From assembly GCA_951406725.2 (NCBI GenBank), contig OX597826.1, positions 46,066,001-46,130,000 on the forward strand: a stretch of DNA of 64,000 nucleotides. The letters run 5' to 3'. The stretch comes from Octopus vulgaris (Eukaryota). The notes under the pieces are model-generated. The model made no database searches. It saw only the letters and a program-made list of their open reading frames with translations, and was not told where the DNA came from. Below, in pieces: positions 1-12,313 of this stretch. The number at the start of each line of letters is the position of its first letter. Positions within the stretch are counted from its first letter, which is position 1. The position numbers and the translations under genes were made by a program.

Positions 1-652
1 ACAGATGGTGACATCACTGTGTGGCTGTGAGACAATCAGTGATGCATGCAAAGCAAGGAAAAAGTGGACGTTAAAACGATAATGACACAAAATGGTGAGG
101 GGGTGATGACAAGGATGATGGCGACATTGAAACCCTCAAAGATCACGGTGGTAGAATTGTCCGGGGTCAAGGGACGAGATTTTCAGAGCTGGTGCATGAA
201 AATGAGCGTAACGTAAAAAGTGTGATATACGGGTGATTAGAAAATGTGAATGGGTCAGATCCTTGCTGATGAGAGTGGGATGGGGGACAATTCAGGATGG
301 TGATGGTGATGGCTATTAGTTGCATGCTCTGTCTCTTAGTTATAGCCCAAATGAGGGATACAACTGAACCTACATCCCTTAGCAGGGAAAGTTGAATTCC
401 TATGCAATAAAATTCATGAGGATGACATCATCAACACCATCACAATCATTATTATTATTATTATTATTATTAATATCATTATTGTTGTTTTGTTATTTCT
501 GTTATTACTACTATATATATATATATTATCAATATATATATATATATATTATCATTATTGCTTTATCATTTTGATCATCATCATGAGTATTCTACTTATT
601 ACTGTTTTATTCTTACAGCTTTACTATTGTTACCACAGTTATTATTATTAAG

Positions 653-687
<35 letters not shown>

Positions 688-1435
688 AAGTATTACTGTA
701 AAGCCAACGGTGCTCTCAGTGTGTAGGAAGGAAGAAGCAGGAACAGGAACGAAAATTGTGGAGCAATTCATTAACGAAAAAAAGCTGCGGCATTTACAAT
801 GAAACAACATCTCAATGATATTCTTTCTATCTATGAATATTATTAGATTCCCTCACCAGTAGTGATATGTGGCAAAAAAAAAAAAAAACGGCAAAAAAAA
901 AAAAGAAAAGAAAAAGGAAACAAAGAGAGAGTGAGAAACAATGGCGTATATAATAAAATAAAAGTTACATGCCTCGATGATTGTACTGAACAGTCTGGTA
1001 ATGCTCCACTGCTTGCATTTTCCCCAGACATAATACACATGCAATGCGAGTTTATTGTTTTCCTTGCCTCATCCTTTGACATTGCAACACTGAGCTTGTT
1101 AACAATTGAAACTCACTAGTTGTTTTTATTTATTTATTATTATTATCATTTTTTTTTTTTTTTTTTTTTACATTGCTAACCAATCAACGGTGGCAGCAGT
1201 GGTGGCCTTGGTGGGAAAAAAAACCAAAACACCAAATAAAAAAAAAACAAAAAAAAAAACAGCAGTGGTGATGAAGATGAAGGCCTGCCTGAAGTCTGAA
1301 CTGGCACTGACAGATATATTCAGTAGAGCAAGAAGAAGCGGGTGTATTTTTGGTTTAGAATAATAAATATTGATGCCGTCAATAATTATTTCAATTCAGT
1401 GTTAGTAATCAAGGGGAGGGGAGAGAGAGAGAGAC

Positions 1436-1501
<66 letters not shown>

Positions 1502-1609
1502 TGTGGAGAATGGCAAAAGAATAAAAATTATATTCTATTGTTTGGTTTTAATCTAACATTTTCCAGCAAACTATTATTCTTTGTTGGAGAATAGCAAAAA
1601 AAAAAAAAA

Positions 1610-1678
<69 letters not shown>

Positions 1679-2492
1679 GACAGAAACCAAGTAACTAAAT
1701 GATTTGACCATTACAAAAAAAAAAAAGAAAGAAAAAGTAAAAAAAAAACAAAAGCAAAAAAACAAAAAAAAAAACAAAACAACCCACTTCTCTGTTGTAC
1801 TGGCCAAGAACTATTTAATGGAGTTAGAGAAAGATTATTCAAAAAAAGTGAAAGCAGAGCAGTCTATGTAAGCTTTTCTCATCCTGGCAACAAAGGAACA
1901 CAGTTGATTCCCCTTTGACTGTGAGGCATCGAATTTCTTTTGTACTACCACAAAAAAAACGCCACACAATCAACATACATTCACCATTACAGTACAAACA
2001 ATGCTTCGTGAATGAAGGGGTGAGAAACAAATTGATCCTTTAAAAAAATCACATAAAACAGAACAAAGGCTTACTTCTTCTTCAGGTCCCTATGGGCCAA
2101 TGGCAGCCTTAAACTGTTGTCGTTTGATCAGTGAGCCAGTAATGTTTTCATTATTATTTCTGCACTTGCTTAATTACAAACTGTGATAGTATTTTTAGTT
2201 AGCCACACAACTTATTTTTTTTTTGGAATATTAGTATCATTATTACTATTATTGTTGTTGTTGTTGTTGATATAATATTTATTTTGTTAAAATCTCAAAA
2301 GTGGTACTTATTGTTATATTACTATACAACCAAAGCAAATGGGTTACATTACTAAAGAAACCAGCACAGTACCATCTGTAGTATGATGGAAAAACCAAAG
2401 ATGGCATATCAAATCTTTAACACCCTGTTGAAAACTTTGAAAGTTTGGGAATTTTAACCCTTTCATTACTGTATTTGTTTTGAGATGCTCTT

Positions 2493-2901
2493 TTACTCTC
2501 TTTAACTCTTTTACTTGTTTCAGTCGTTTGACTGCGACCATGCAAGAGCACAGCCTTTTAGTCGAGCAAATCGACCCCAGGACTTATTCTTTGGAAGCCT
2601 AGTACTTATTCTATTGGTCTCTTTTGCTGAACCGCTAAGTTACAGGGACATAAACACACTAGCATTGGTTGTCAAGTGATGTTAGGGGATGGGGAAAGAC
2701 AAACAAAGACACTCAAACACACACACATATATATACATATATACCACAGGCTTCTTTCAGTTTCTGTCTACCAAATCCACTCACAAGGCTTTTGGTCAGC
2801 CCAAAGTTATAGTAGAAGACATTTTCCCAAGTTGTCACGCAGTGGGACTGAACCCGAAACCATGTGGTTGGTAAGCAAGCTACTTACCACACAGCCACTC
2901 C
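2493..2901 (-). mobile_element. SINE family A (tRNA-like head, CORE-like segment, internal TA/TG microsatellite; octopus OR-like)
   Basis: Reverse complement of the ~400-bp family GGCGCAGGAGTGGCTGTGTGGTAAG...GGTTCAGTCCC...CTTGGGCAAGTGTCTTCT...GACTGAAACAAGTAAAAGAG, seen more than 10 times in the window. Confidence 0.85.
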
Positions 2902-3149
2902 TTTCTTCATACATTCTGTGACCTCATCAGTGACTCTCAGTAACTCTATTTCCAAGTATCTCCTCTTGACAAAAGGAGACACATAGGACAGAGTTACTGA
3001 TGAGGTCACAGAATGTGTGAAAAGGGAATTTTGACCAACATATAAACTATAAGTAATACTAATAAAAACTAAAATGAAGATCAAATAAATAGTGTGCATG
3101 TTTAATTGGCAAAAAAAGAAAAAAAATACCATCCCCAAGCATGACAATG

Positions 3150-3560
3150 ATGATGATCATCATCGTTTAACGTCTGCTTTCCATGCTAGCATGGGTTGGA
3201 TGATTTGACAGAGGACTGGCGGACCAGATATCTGCACCAGGCTCCATTCTTGATCTGGAAGAATTTCTACAGCTGGATGGCCTTCCTAATGCCAACCACT
3301 CCGAGAGTGTAGTGGACGCTTTTACGTGCCACCGGCATGAGGGCTAGTCAGGCGGTACTGGCAATGGCCACGCTCAAATGGTGTTTTTTACGTGCCACCT
3401 GCACAGGAGCCTGTCCAGTGGCACTGGCAACGACCTTGCTCGAATGTATTTTCATGTGCCACCGGCACAAGTGCCAGTAAGGTAACGCTGGTAACGATTA
3501 CGCTCGAATGGTGCTTTTTATGTGCCACCAGCATGGAAGCCAGTTAGCCACTCTGGCTAA
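3150..3560 (-). mobile_element. SINE-like family C with (ATG)n tail and internal ~55-60 bp tandem subrepeats
   Basis: CATCATCGTTTAACGTC...CATGCTAGCATGGGTTGG...CTACAGCTGGATGCCCTTCCTAATGCCAACC followed by repeated GGTGCTTTTTACGTGCCACCGGCAC units. About 15 copies in the window. Confidence 0.8.
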
Positions 3561-4169
3561 AGATAATTATATCAAAATTCTTTTTAACCCAAAAGTAAAA
3601 AATAAAATCTGTAAGATAGCAGTTACTTTCTTGCACCTGTAAATATTTTCACGTGAGCATACATTCACACACACACACACAACTGAAACTCTATCACCAA
3701 ATATAAGTTAGCATTGGGCATTTCAAAATAATTGGATGCCTTTTAATTTTGAAATTTAACAGTTTCAAAATATAAGGCGGATGGAAAGGAAGCTGTACCA
3801 ACATTCGGATGGTATTCATTTGCAGTAGAGTAGATCATAGTAGAGTGAAATGAAGTATGCTGCACAATGACACAGTGTGCTGACTAATTGAGGAATTGAA
3901 CCCGTGACCTTATGTTCATGAGCTCAACACCTTAAACACATACATGCAGATGGTGTGTGCTTGTGTTTGTGTTTATATGTATGTCGTTTGTGTTCCAATA
4001 TTCTGTATAAACAAATCTGACCATGGGGAAATAGCATCTTGCTTGGAAACTGGTGAGGGTTGGCAACAGGTAGGGCACCCACCTGGAGAAAATCTGCCTC
4101 AAAAAATTTTCTCCAACCCATGCGTGCATGGAAAGGCAGATGTTAAACAATGATTATACATATTTATAT

Positions 4170-4545
4170 AGGACTGGGTGTGTGGTAAGAAACTTGCTTC
4201 CCAATCACATGGTTCCGGGTTCAGTACCACTGCATGGCACCTTGGGCAAGTGTCTTCTACTATAACCTCAGGCCGACCAAAGCCTTGTGAGTGGATTTGG
4301 TAGATAGAAACTGAAAGAAGCCTGTCATGTGTGTGTGTGTGTATGTATTTGCGTGTCTGTGTTTGTCCTCCCACCATCACTTGACAACCAATGTTAGTGC
4401 GTTTACATCCCCATAACTTAGTGGTTTGGCACAAGAGACCAATGAAGTAAGTACTAGGCTTACAAAGAATAAGTCCTGGGGGTAATTTGTTCGACTAAAG
4501 GTGGTGCTCCAGGATGGCCGTAGTCAAATGACTGAAACATGAATA
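4170..4545 (+). mobile_element. SINE family A
   Basis: Full-length, moderately diverged copy of the family A consensus. Confidence 0.85.
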
Positions 4546-4676
4546 ATAAAGAATAATAAATATATATAAAGTATATATATAAATTATAGGGTAGCAAAAA
4601 AATCTAGAAAAATTTTCCGCTACCAGTCGTCTAGCGAGAAGGAAAAAATAGTCAATAGACTATATAATATACATTT

Positions 4677-4932
4677 AAACACATAAGAGATGACCATAAT
4701 AGGACATCTGACTCACTAGAAAGAGCAGTTAAACTCCAAACCACTAATAGATGTAATTCTGAAATGGAAAGAGAAATAAAAACGTTTACCCTATCTTTTC
4801 TGGACTATGCATAGTTTCGGCAATCTTTTGTAAATAAAATAAAATGATAAAATTACAACTATTAGTGGTTTAGAGCTTAACTGCTCTTTCTAGTGAGTCA
4901 GATGTCCAATTGTGGCCATCTCTTATGTGTTT
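4677..4932. repeat. Inverted repeat / foldback, ~82-bp arms
   Basis: 4677-4758 is near-complementary to 4851-4932 (e.g. GGACATCTGACTCACTAGAAAGAGCAGTTAA versus TTAACTGCTCTTTCTAGTGAGTCAGATGTCC). Confidence 0.9.
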
Positions 4933-5107
4933 TAGTGTGTGTGTATATATATATATATATACACACACACACAAAATAGCGGGGTTTAGTTCACAGGTGA
5001 TCTAAATGACTAGCTACACTGGTTAAGTGTTGTAATGGATTATCAGGGTTTCAAGGTCATATAGCCGAGACGGGAATTATGGGACCATTGTAGATTTCTG
5101 ATATAAC

Positions 5108-5168
<61 letters not shown>

Positions 5169-5314
5169 CATCATCCCCATCATTGTTTAACGTCTGCTTT
5201 CCATGCTAGCATGGGTTGGACGATTTGACTGAGGACTGGCGAACAAGATGGCAGCACCAGACTCCAATTTGATCTGGCAGAGTTTCTACAGCTGGATATA
5301 TATATATATATAGT

Positions 5315-5510
5315 TAATCCAAACATCAAAGCACAAAAAACACAACAATGCGAGGACGTGGAACAAATATAGTATTATTGGACGCTCAGGAAAGAAGGAG
5401 GGTTTAACGTTTCGAGCGGAGCTCTTCGTCGGAAACATAGGAGAAGGAAAGATCCAGAGAAGGGAAGACAGAGGAAAAAAAAATCGCCTACGGTACACAC
5501 GCGGTCACAT
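5315..5510 (-). mobile_element. Penelope-like terminal fragment with a minimal hammerhead-like motif, inserted in (TA)n
   Basis: Flanked by (TA)n and truncates a family C SINE. The minus strand reads GTTT-CCGACGA-A-GAGC-TCC-GCTC-GAAAC-GTT-AAAC. Related, more decayed copies at about 32360-32555 and 43190-43365. Confidence 0.6.
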
Positions 5511-5538
5511 ATATATATATACACACATAAACAGAAAG

Positions 5539-5607
<69 letters not shown>

Positions 5608-6122
5608 AGCCAGGTAGATAGACTGATATACATAGATATGCATGTGTATGTATATAGATATTTAGATAAATAATACTTTTACAGTGCTCAATGAAATTTA
5701 TGATAACTTTCTTTTATTTTCACTTGGCCACACAATGCCAATTCTGAGATAAGCCGCAGCAGTATGAGGCAGCCAGCTGCTGCATAAATGTCCAGAATAG
5801 GAAACATTCGAACGTTTGAGAACAGCAGCAGCTAAGTTTAAGACCCCAGGAAGTTGTGTAGAAGCAGACCCTCCAACACCAACACCTCCTCTTTCTCAAA
5901 TTCCCCACCTTCCATTTAAGAGGCAAACATCCCTTATCAGCATTTGCTTTTGTCATGTCTGGGCAGCAAGAGTAATCTTCACATTTCATACCATAACACA
6001 TAGAACTAACAAACAATATTGTTTATAGAGAAACATAATAATCAACACACTATTTAGTTTTGCATGAAAAATACTTTCAAAATTTATACACAAATCTACA
6101 TTATACATACATACATACATAC

Positions 6123-6158
<36 letters not shown>

Positions 6159-6750
6159 GTTGTAATTATAAAGTTTCAACAAGAGGTTGGTTTTCTTATT
6201 GTTTTTTAATAGTGAAAGAAGTCTAAACTGTTTTATAAGTGCTAACGTAATTTGTTTAAGCTATTTATGAATGCAGGCAACACTGAGAACTTGTTGCTAG
6301 TATGTCATAAAATAAACATCCTTGCTTCAGAGTTTACATATACTTTACCTCTATTTCAAATATTTTTCCTGCAACTCTTGTACATGGTGTAGTGGTTAGG
6401 GCGTTGCGCCCACAATCATAAGGTAGTGGTTTCTATTCTCGGACTGGGGTGTCAGTGCATTATGTTCCTGAACAAAACACTACATTTCATGTTGCTTCAA
6501 TCCTCTTAGATATACAGGAGTTCCAGCAATACCTATGAGATTAAACCGGCGAAGAACTGGCACCTCATTTGGGAGGGAGTGTCGCAATCTCACTCAGGTA
6601 TATGCCATAGAAACTGAGCTAAGCTCTGATGTTTGTCTGTGTTTGTGTGGCTCTGTTCAAACCAGTTAACTGAGACTATGCTGAGTCCTTCCTGCTCCAT
6701 AACTTAGCAGCTGAACAAACAGATTTTGATAAAATAAGTACCAGATTAGG

Positions 6751-7380
6751 TTAACCTTTTAACATTCAAACCACTCTTCTTCAAAGCTTTGAGATTTTGA
6801 TGATCATCATTATAATCACCATTTAATGTCTGCTGGCATGGGTTGGACGGTTTGACTGAGGACTGGCAAGACAGGAGGATGCACTAGGCTCCAGTCTGGT
6901 CTGGCAAGGTTTCTACAGTTGGATGCTCTTCCTGACGTCAATCTCTCCAAGAGTGTAGTGGATGCTTTTTACGTGCCACCGGCACGGAGGCCAGTCAGGC
7001 AGCACTGACATTGACCACACTCAAATGGTGCTTTTTACATGCCACCGGCATTTGAACTAATCAGGCAGTACTTGCATCAACAATGCTCGTATGGTACATT
7101 TTATGTGCCACCGGTACAGCACTGGCATTGGCCATGCTCGAATGGTGCATTTTACATGCCAGTCAGCCGGTACTAGCATTGCCCATGGCAACAATTTCAC
7201 TTGACTTCACAGGTCTTCTCAAGCACAGCATAATACCCAACAATTGAAGGGTACTCTTAAATAGGCTGGCTATGCAGACATTGCAGAGTAGGTGTGAGAG
7301 GCTAAATCAGGCCAGTTTGAACACAGAACAAGTAGACTATTTGGGCTGGATATGAAAACTTTAAAAATGCACTGGATTAA
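6751..7380 (+). mobile_element. TTAA (piggyBac-like) MITE interrupted by a family C SINE (~6800-7280)
   Basis: Begins TTAACCTTTTAACATTC and resumes GTAGGTGTGAGAGG...TTTGAACAC...GGATTAA, matching the intact copy at 23361-23587. Confidence 0.6.
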
Positions 7381-8841
7381 GGGTGTAGCCCAGTTATAGC
7401 CAAATGACTGAAACCAGTAAAAAGAAGCAAATAAAACAAAAAGAATAATGCAGTTATATCCAACAAATATTGTTATAAACCATCCTTTCCGATCTCATCT
7501 GCATTTCATCCCTATCACCCTTGTATCACTTTACAAATGTCTGTTGCCTTATTTATTCTATGTCTCTTTAATAAATAAATTTTCAAGTTATTTCTATTAA
7601 TTTTTCAGTTAATATTCCTTCTAATGTTTACACAACATAATGCATCACAGCGCATATGAATCACTTGCCTGCAAAACAACACAGCACCAGCGTTGCTTCA
7701 AATTAATTTTCCCAGTTACAAGCCATACACGGAACATGTGAATCTGAGCACAAAAGGCTCACAATCGTGTACTGAATTGGAAGGAGATTAAATGAGATGA
7801 AGACTGAAATCCTTCAGTTATCAGAACAACATGTTCTCACTAAGATGTTTAAATCACAGTATTGTTTAATTATGTAAAGATTTCTTTTAAAGGATTAATT
7901 AAATCTTAATATTGTCATTTCTTCATCCACAATAAGGAATATAATACCAAGATGGCATTATGATAGTAAAGAATATTTACTGAGTGTATTCTGGTTTTAA
8001 AACAAGTACACTGTGTTCCTGCATGTCTTAAGGGTTGGCAAAAGGGAGCACAGCCTGGCTGTAAAGCACAGGCTTTGGAAAACCTGTCCAACCCATTCCA
8101 GTTTGGAAAAGCAGGTGGTAAAAAGCTGAGGGTGATGAATGATGGTTTAGTGGTAGGTTAGCATGGTGGTATGAAATATGTTGGTATGGTGGTATAGAAT
8201 ATGGAATATGATAGTAGCATGGTGGATCAGCTGTATAAAACTCAGAGTAGTTATACCAGGATCATTTCTATAGCCAGCTCTACTCTTGCCTCCAGCTCAC
8301 AATTGAAAACAAAAATAAAAAAAAAACACAAAAAAAAACAAAAAAAGTAATTATGATTAGCTAGAGTAACAGTTGGTGATACAGAAACATCATCATCACC
8401 ACCACCACAACTGTCATCATTGATTCCATCACTACCATTACCACTGCTACTACTGTTGCTACAACAACCTCCTCCACCACAACCACCACCACTCCTATCA
8501 CTGCTGTCGCTGCCACTACCACCACCACCAGTACTCCTGCTGCTGCTGCCATGGCCACCACTACTACTACCATCACCATCACTGCCACCCCACCAACAAC
8601 CACAGCAATGATGAAGATGATGCTGGTGATGACTACGGTTACAGTAATGATAGCAACAATAACAACAACCATCATAAAATAACAATAACAACAATACCAG
8701 CAATATGTGTTAAGAACTGATAGTATATTATCAAATATCTTATATGTTCATATTTACAATTATCATCAATTTTGGCAGCTACTATCAGGTAATCTAGAAT
8801 GGTACTTCTATCATTCTGATATATATATATATATATATATA

Positions 8842-9175
8842 TCATCATCATCATCATCATCGTTTAGCGTCCACTTTCCATGCTAGCATGGGTTGGACGA
8901 TTCTACTGGGGTCTATGAAGCCAGAAGGCTTCATCAGGCCCAGTCAAATCTGGCAGTGTTTCTACGGCTGGATGCCCTTCCTAATGCCAACCACTCCGTG
9001 AGTGTAGTGGGTGCTTTTTACGTGCCACCTGCACAGGTGCCACCTGCACAGGTGCCAGACAGAGCTGGCAAATGGCCAAGAACGGATGGTGCTTTTTATG
9101 TGCCACCGGCACGAGGGCCAGGCGAGGCTGGCAACGGACACGAACGGATGGTGCTTTTTACGTGCCACTGGCACC
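8842..9175 (-). mobile_element. SINE-like family C
   Basis: (CAT)n tail then family C body; truncated at 9175 by a Penelope-like fragment. Confidence 0.8.
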
Positions 9176-9257
9176 GGAGTAAGCACATAAATGTGAAACA
9201 AGGTGGAAAAAAAGAGTACTCAAATACCAGAGGCAGAGTAATATGCTTTAATTAAAA

Positions 9258-9646
9258 GCAGAGGAGTGGCTGTGTGGTAAGTAGCTTGCTTACCAACCAC
9301 ATGGTTCCGGGTTCAGTCCCACTGCGTGGCATCTCGGGCAAGTGTCTTCTGCTATAGCCCCAGGCCGACCAATACCTTGTGTGTGGATTTGGTAGACGGA
9401 AACTGAAAGAAGCCTGTCGTATATATGTATATATATATGTATGTGTGTGTATATGTTTGTGTATCTGTGTTTGTCCCCTTAGCATTGCTTGACAACCGAT
9501 GCTGGTGTGTTTACGTCCCCGTCACTTAGCGGTTCGGCAAAAGAGACTGATAGAATAAGTACTGGGCTTACAAAGAATAAGTCCCGGGGTCGATTTGCTC
9601 GACTAAAGGCGGTGCTCCAGCATGGCCGCAGTCAAATGACTGAAAC
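9258..9646 (+). mobile_element. SINE family A (young, lacking 3' tail)
   Basis: Near-identical to copies at 12381 and 13778 but ends at GACTGAAAC without the AAGTAAAAGAG tail. Confidence 0.9.
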
Positions 9647-9901
9647 CGGAGTAAGCACATAAATGTGAAACAAGGTGGGAAAAAGAGTACTCAAATACCG
9701 GAGGTAGAGTAATATGCTTTATTTAAAAGCAGCAGAAATATAACAAAAGCTGTTACTCAGAGTTTCATGTTCCTGTTCATCGGACAGTTTTGTTAAAAAA
9801 CCAACAAAAAAAAAAAAAACCAACAATAAAACTGTCCAACAAACGGAACGTGAAACTCTGAGTAACAGCTTTTGTTATATTTCTGCTGCTTTTAAATAAA
9901 G
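9646..9901. mobile_element. Penelope-like fragment with inverted terminal duplication carrying two hammerhead-like motifs
   Basis: Arms 9717-9791 and 9828-9901 are complementary. Each holds CTGT-CCRAYRA-stem II-GAAACTCTGAGTA-ACAG. Confidence 0.65.
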
Positions 9902-10064
9902 TATATATATATATATATGAACTATAACAACCAGTAGAAGACGTAGGACCCACCCCAATTACACACATGTATACACACACGCACATTTTGTTCAATCCAT
10001 GCAAGAATGGTAAAATGGATGCTAAAACAATAATGATGAAAACGACAACAATGACGATGACAGG

Positions 10065-10580
10065 TGTGTTTCCTTGGTGAAGAATTTCGCTTCACAACGA
10101 TGTGGTTTCGGGTTCAATCCAAACACACAGCATCTTGGCTGAGTACCATCTAGTACAACCCTGGGGCCAAACAAAGCTTTGTGACAGGATTTGGTAGACA
10201 AAAACTGAGAGAAACTTGTCAAATATGTATACTATATATGCTTGTGTGAGTGTGTATGTGTGTGTCTGTGCACAAGTGTGTGTGTGCATGCATGAGTTTA
10301 AGCGCAGGTGTGTGTTCATGTCTCCTTGTCTTGACATCACACACCATGAGTGAATGAATGTCACAGTCCTGCAAACAGTTTCATTCTCTTCCAGCCCTCT
10401 GTAGAGACATGTGTAGCCATTGTGCCGTTTTGTATTTTGAAAGACAACGGAAAGAGTTACTTTACTTGGAAACAGATGAGAGTTAGCAACAGGAAGAGCA
10501 TCTGACCATAAAAAAAATTTACCTCGACAAAATCCATCTGACCCATACAGGCATGGAAAAAATGGACATTAAATGATGGC
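10065..10580 (+). mobile_element. Older SINE family E (family A-like head, family C-like (ATG)n tail)
   Basis: Head GGTTTCGGGTTCAATCC...GGATTTGGTAGAC, body TCTCCTTGTCTTGACATCAC...TACTTGGAAACAGATGAG, tail GGACATTAAATGATG. Partial relatives at about 3960, 13400, 39250, 45200 and 58175. Confidence 0.65.
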
Positions 10581-10676
10581 GATCATCATGATGACAGTGA
10601 CGACGATAGTGGTGGTGGTGGTGGTGAATGATGACGATGGTAGTGGTGCTAATGATGGTGATGATGATGATACACT

Positions 10677-10881
10677 TTACTCTTTTTTACTTGTCTTATT
10701 TGACTGTGGCCATGCTGGAGCACCACCTTCTAGTCGAGCAAATCGACCCCAAGACTTATTCTTTGTAAGCCTAGTACTTATTCTAATCAGTCTCTTTTGC
10801 TGAACCGCTAAGTTACGGGGGACATAAACACACCAGCATCGGTTGTCAAATGATGTTGGGGGGACAAACATAGACACACAA

Positions 10882-10920
<39 letters not shown>

Positions 10921-11085
10921 TATGACGAGCTTCTTTCAGTTTCTATCTACCAAATCCACTCACAAGGCTTTGGTCAGTCCGAGGATATAGTAGAAGACAC
11001 ATGCCCAAGATGCCACGTAGTGGGACCGAACCCGGAACCATGTGGTTGGTAAGCAAGCTACTTACCACACAGCCACTCCTGCACC
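10677..11085 (-). mobile_element. SINE family A
   Basis: Reverse-complement full-length copy. Confidence 0.88.
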
Positions 11086-12313
11086 TATGACGATGATGTT
11101 GACAATGACTGTTTGGGAAAAGTAATGAGCTCAACACGATTGACTATTTAAAGGCAATACCCCCACCAGCATAGTCCGCATTCCAAAGACTGGAACCAGT
11201 GAAAGACTTAAGTGGCTGTCTGCAGTCCACAAATACCAACAAACACAAACAAGTGGGGCTAATGTAAATAAAAGAAGAAATACTGCAAAGAGCCAGCCGA
11301 GGTAGTTGCTATGACAGCAGTGCTATCAGCCATGTCAGGTGATATCCAATAATATAAAATGGCAGCCTGCAAGACTGTGTCAAGAGACAATATAAAACAG
11401 TTCCTTATAATTTGACACTATTTAGTTTAACATCCACCCCCCGCCCAATAAAATACAATACAAAAAACAGGTAAAACAATCAAAATTTGTAGAATAAAGC
11501 CATCTGTTGTATTTGGCTTTACAGGCCATTATTGTCTCTATTTGTTTTGTTTTTGCTTTCTTCTGACATAAATATTCTTTGCCATTACAACCAAACTACT
11601 ATGAAGCTACAAGCCAATGGGTGAGTCACGTGGTGGTTGCTCAACATACTGGAAATAGCAGTAAAAAGCCAAAATCCCCCACACCAATCAAATCATGCTC
11701 TAAAGTGTGGTCTTTAAAAAATGGTTGGGTGCTTAAGATTATGTAATCCTTAGTTGTGCCCTATAAAGAGGATTGCCTTCGATCAAAGGTTGCTGGGTCA
11801 GGTCTCACCTAGGGCTAAATGACATCAACAGCAGCAGCAGCTGTGGAACAAGCAAATGATGGAGCTTCTACATGGTTACTTGACCTGGAAAAGCTTGCCA
11901 AATCTCCCTCAAATCACATTTCACTGCCTTTAAAAATTGGAAGTATATGGATAGATAGATAGATAGATAGATAGATGGATGGATGGATGGATGGATGGAC
12001 GGTCGGACGGACGGACGGATAATATATTTATACATAAGTCTAAAAAGACTGGATGGTCATGGTTGGGATGTCTTTGATCACAGATCAACTCAGATATGAA
12101 CCGGGGCTACACAACAACAACTGCTATCAAAAACAAACTTTAACTTCCAATCCATATTTGCCTTCACCCTAAGTACTTCACTTTGCCGGCATGTGGCCTA
12201 GTGGTTAGTGCTTGGCTCATGGTCATAAGGCTGTGGGTTCAATTTCTGGACTGGGCATTACACTGTATCCTTGTGCAAGACATTTTGCTTCATGCTCCTT
12301 TAATTCAAGCAGC

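Noticed and set aside
2069-2185. Possible minus-strand exon ending at GAA|GTAAGC
   Set aside because: No frame resembles BCAT, there is no good acceptor, and two frames have stops.
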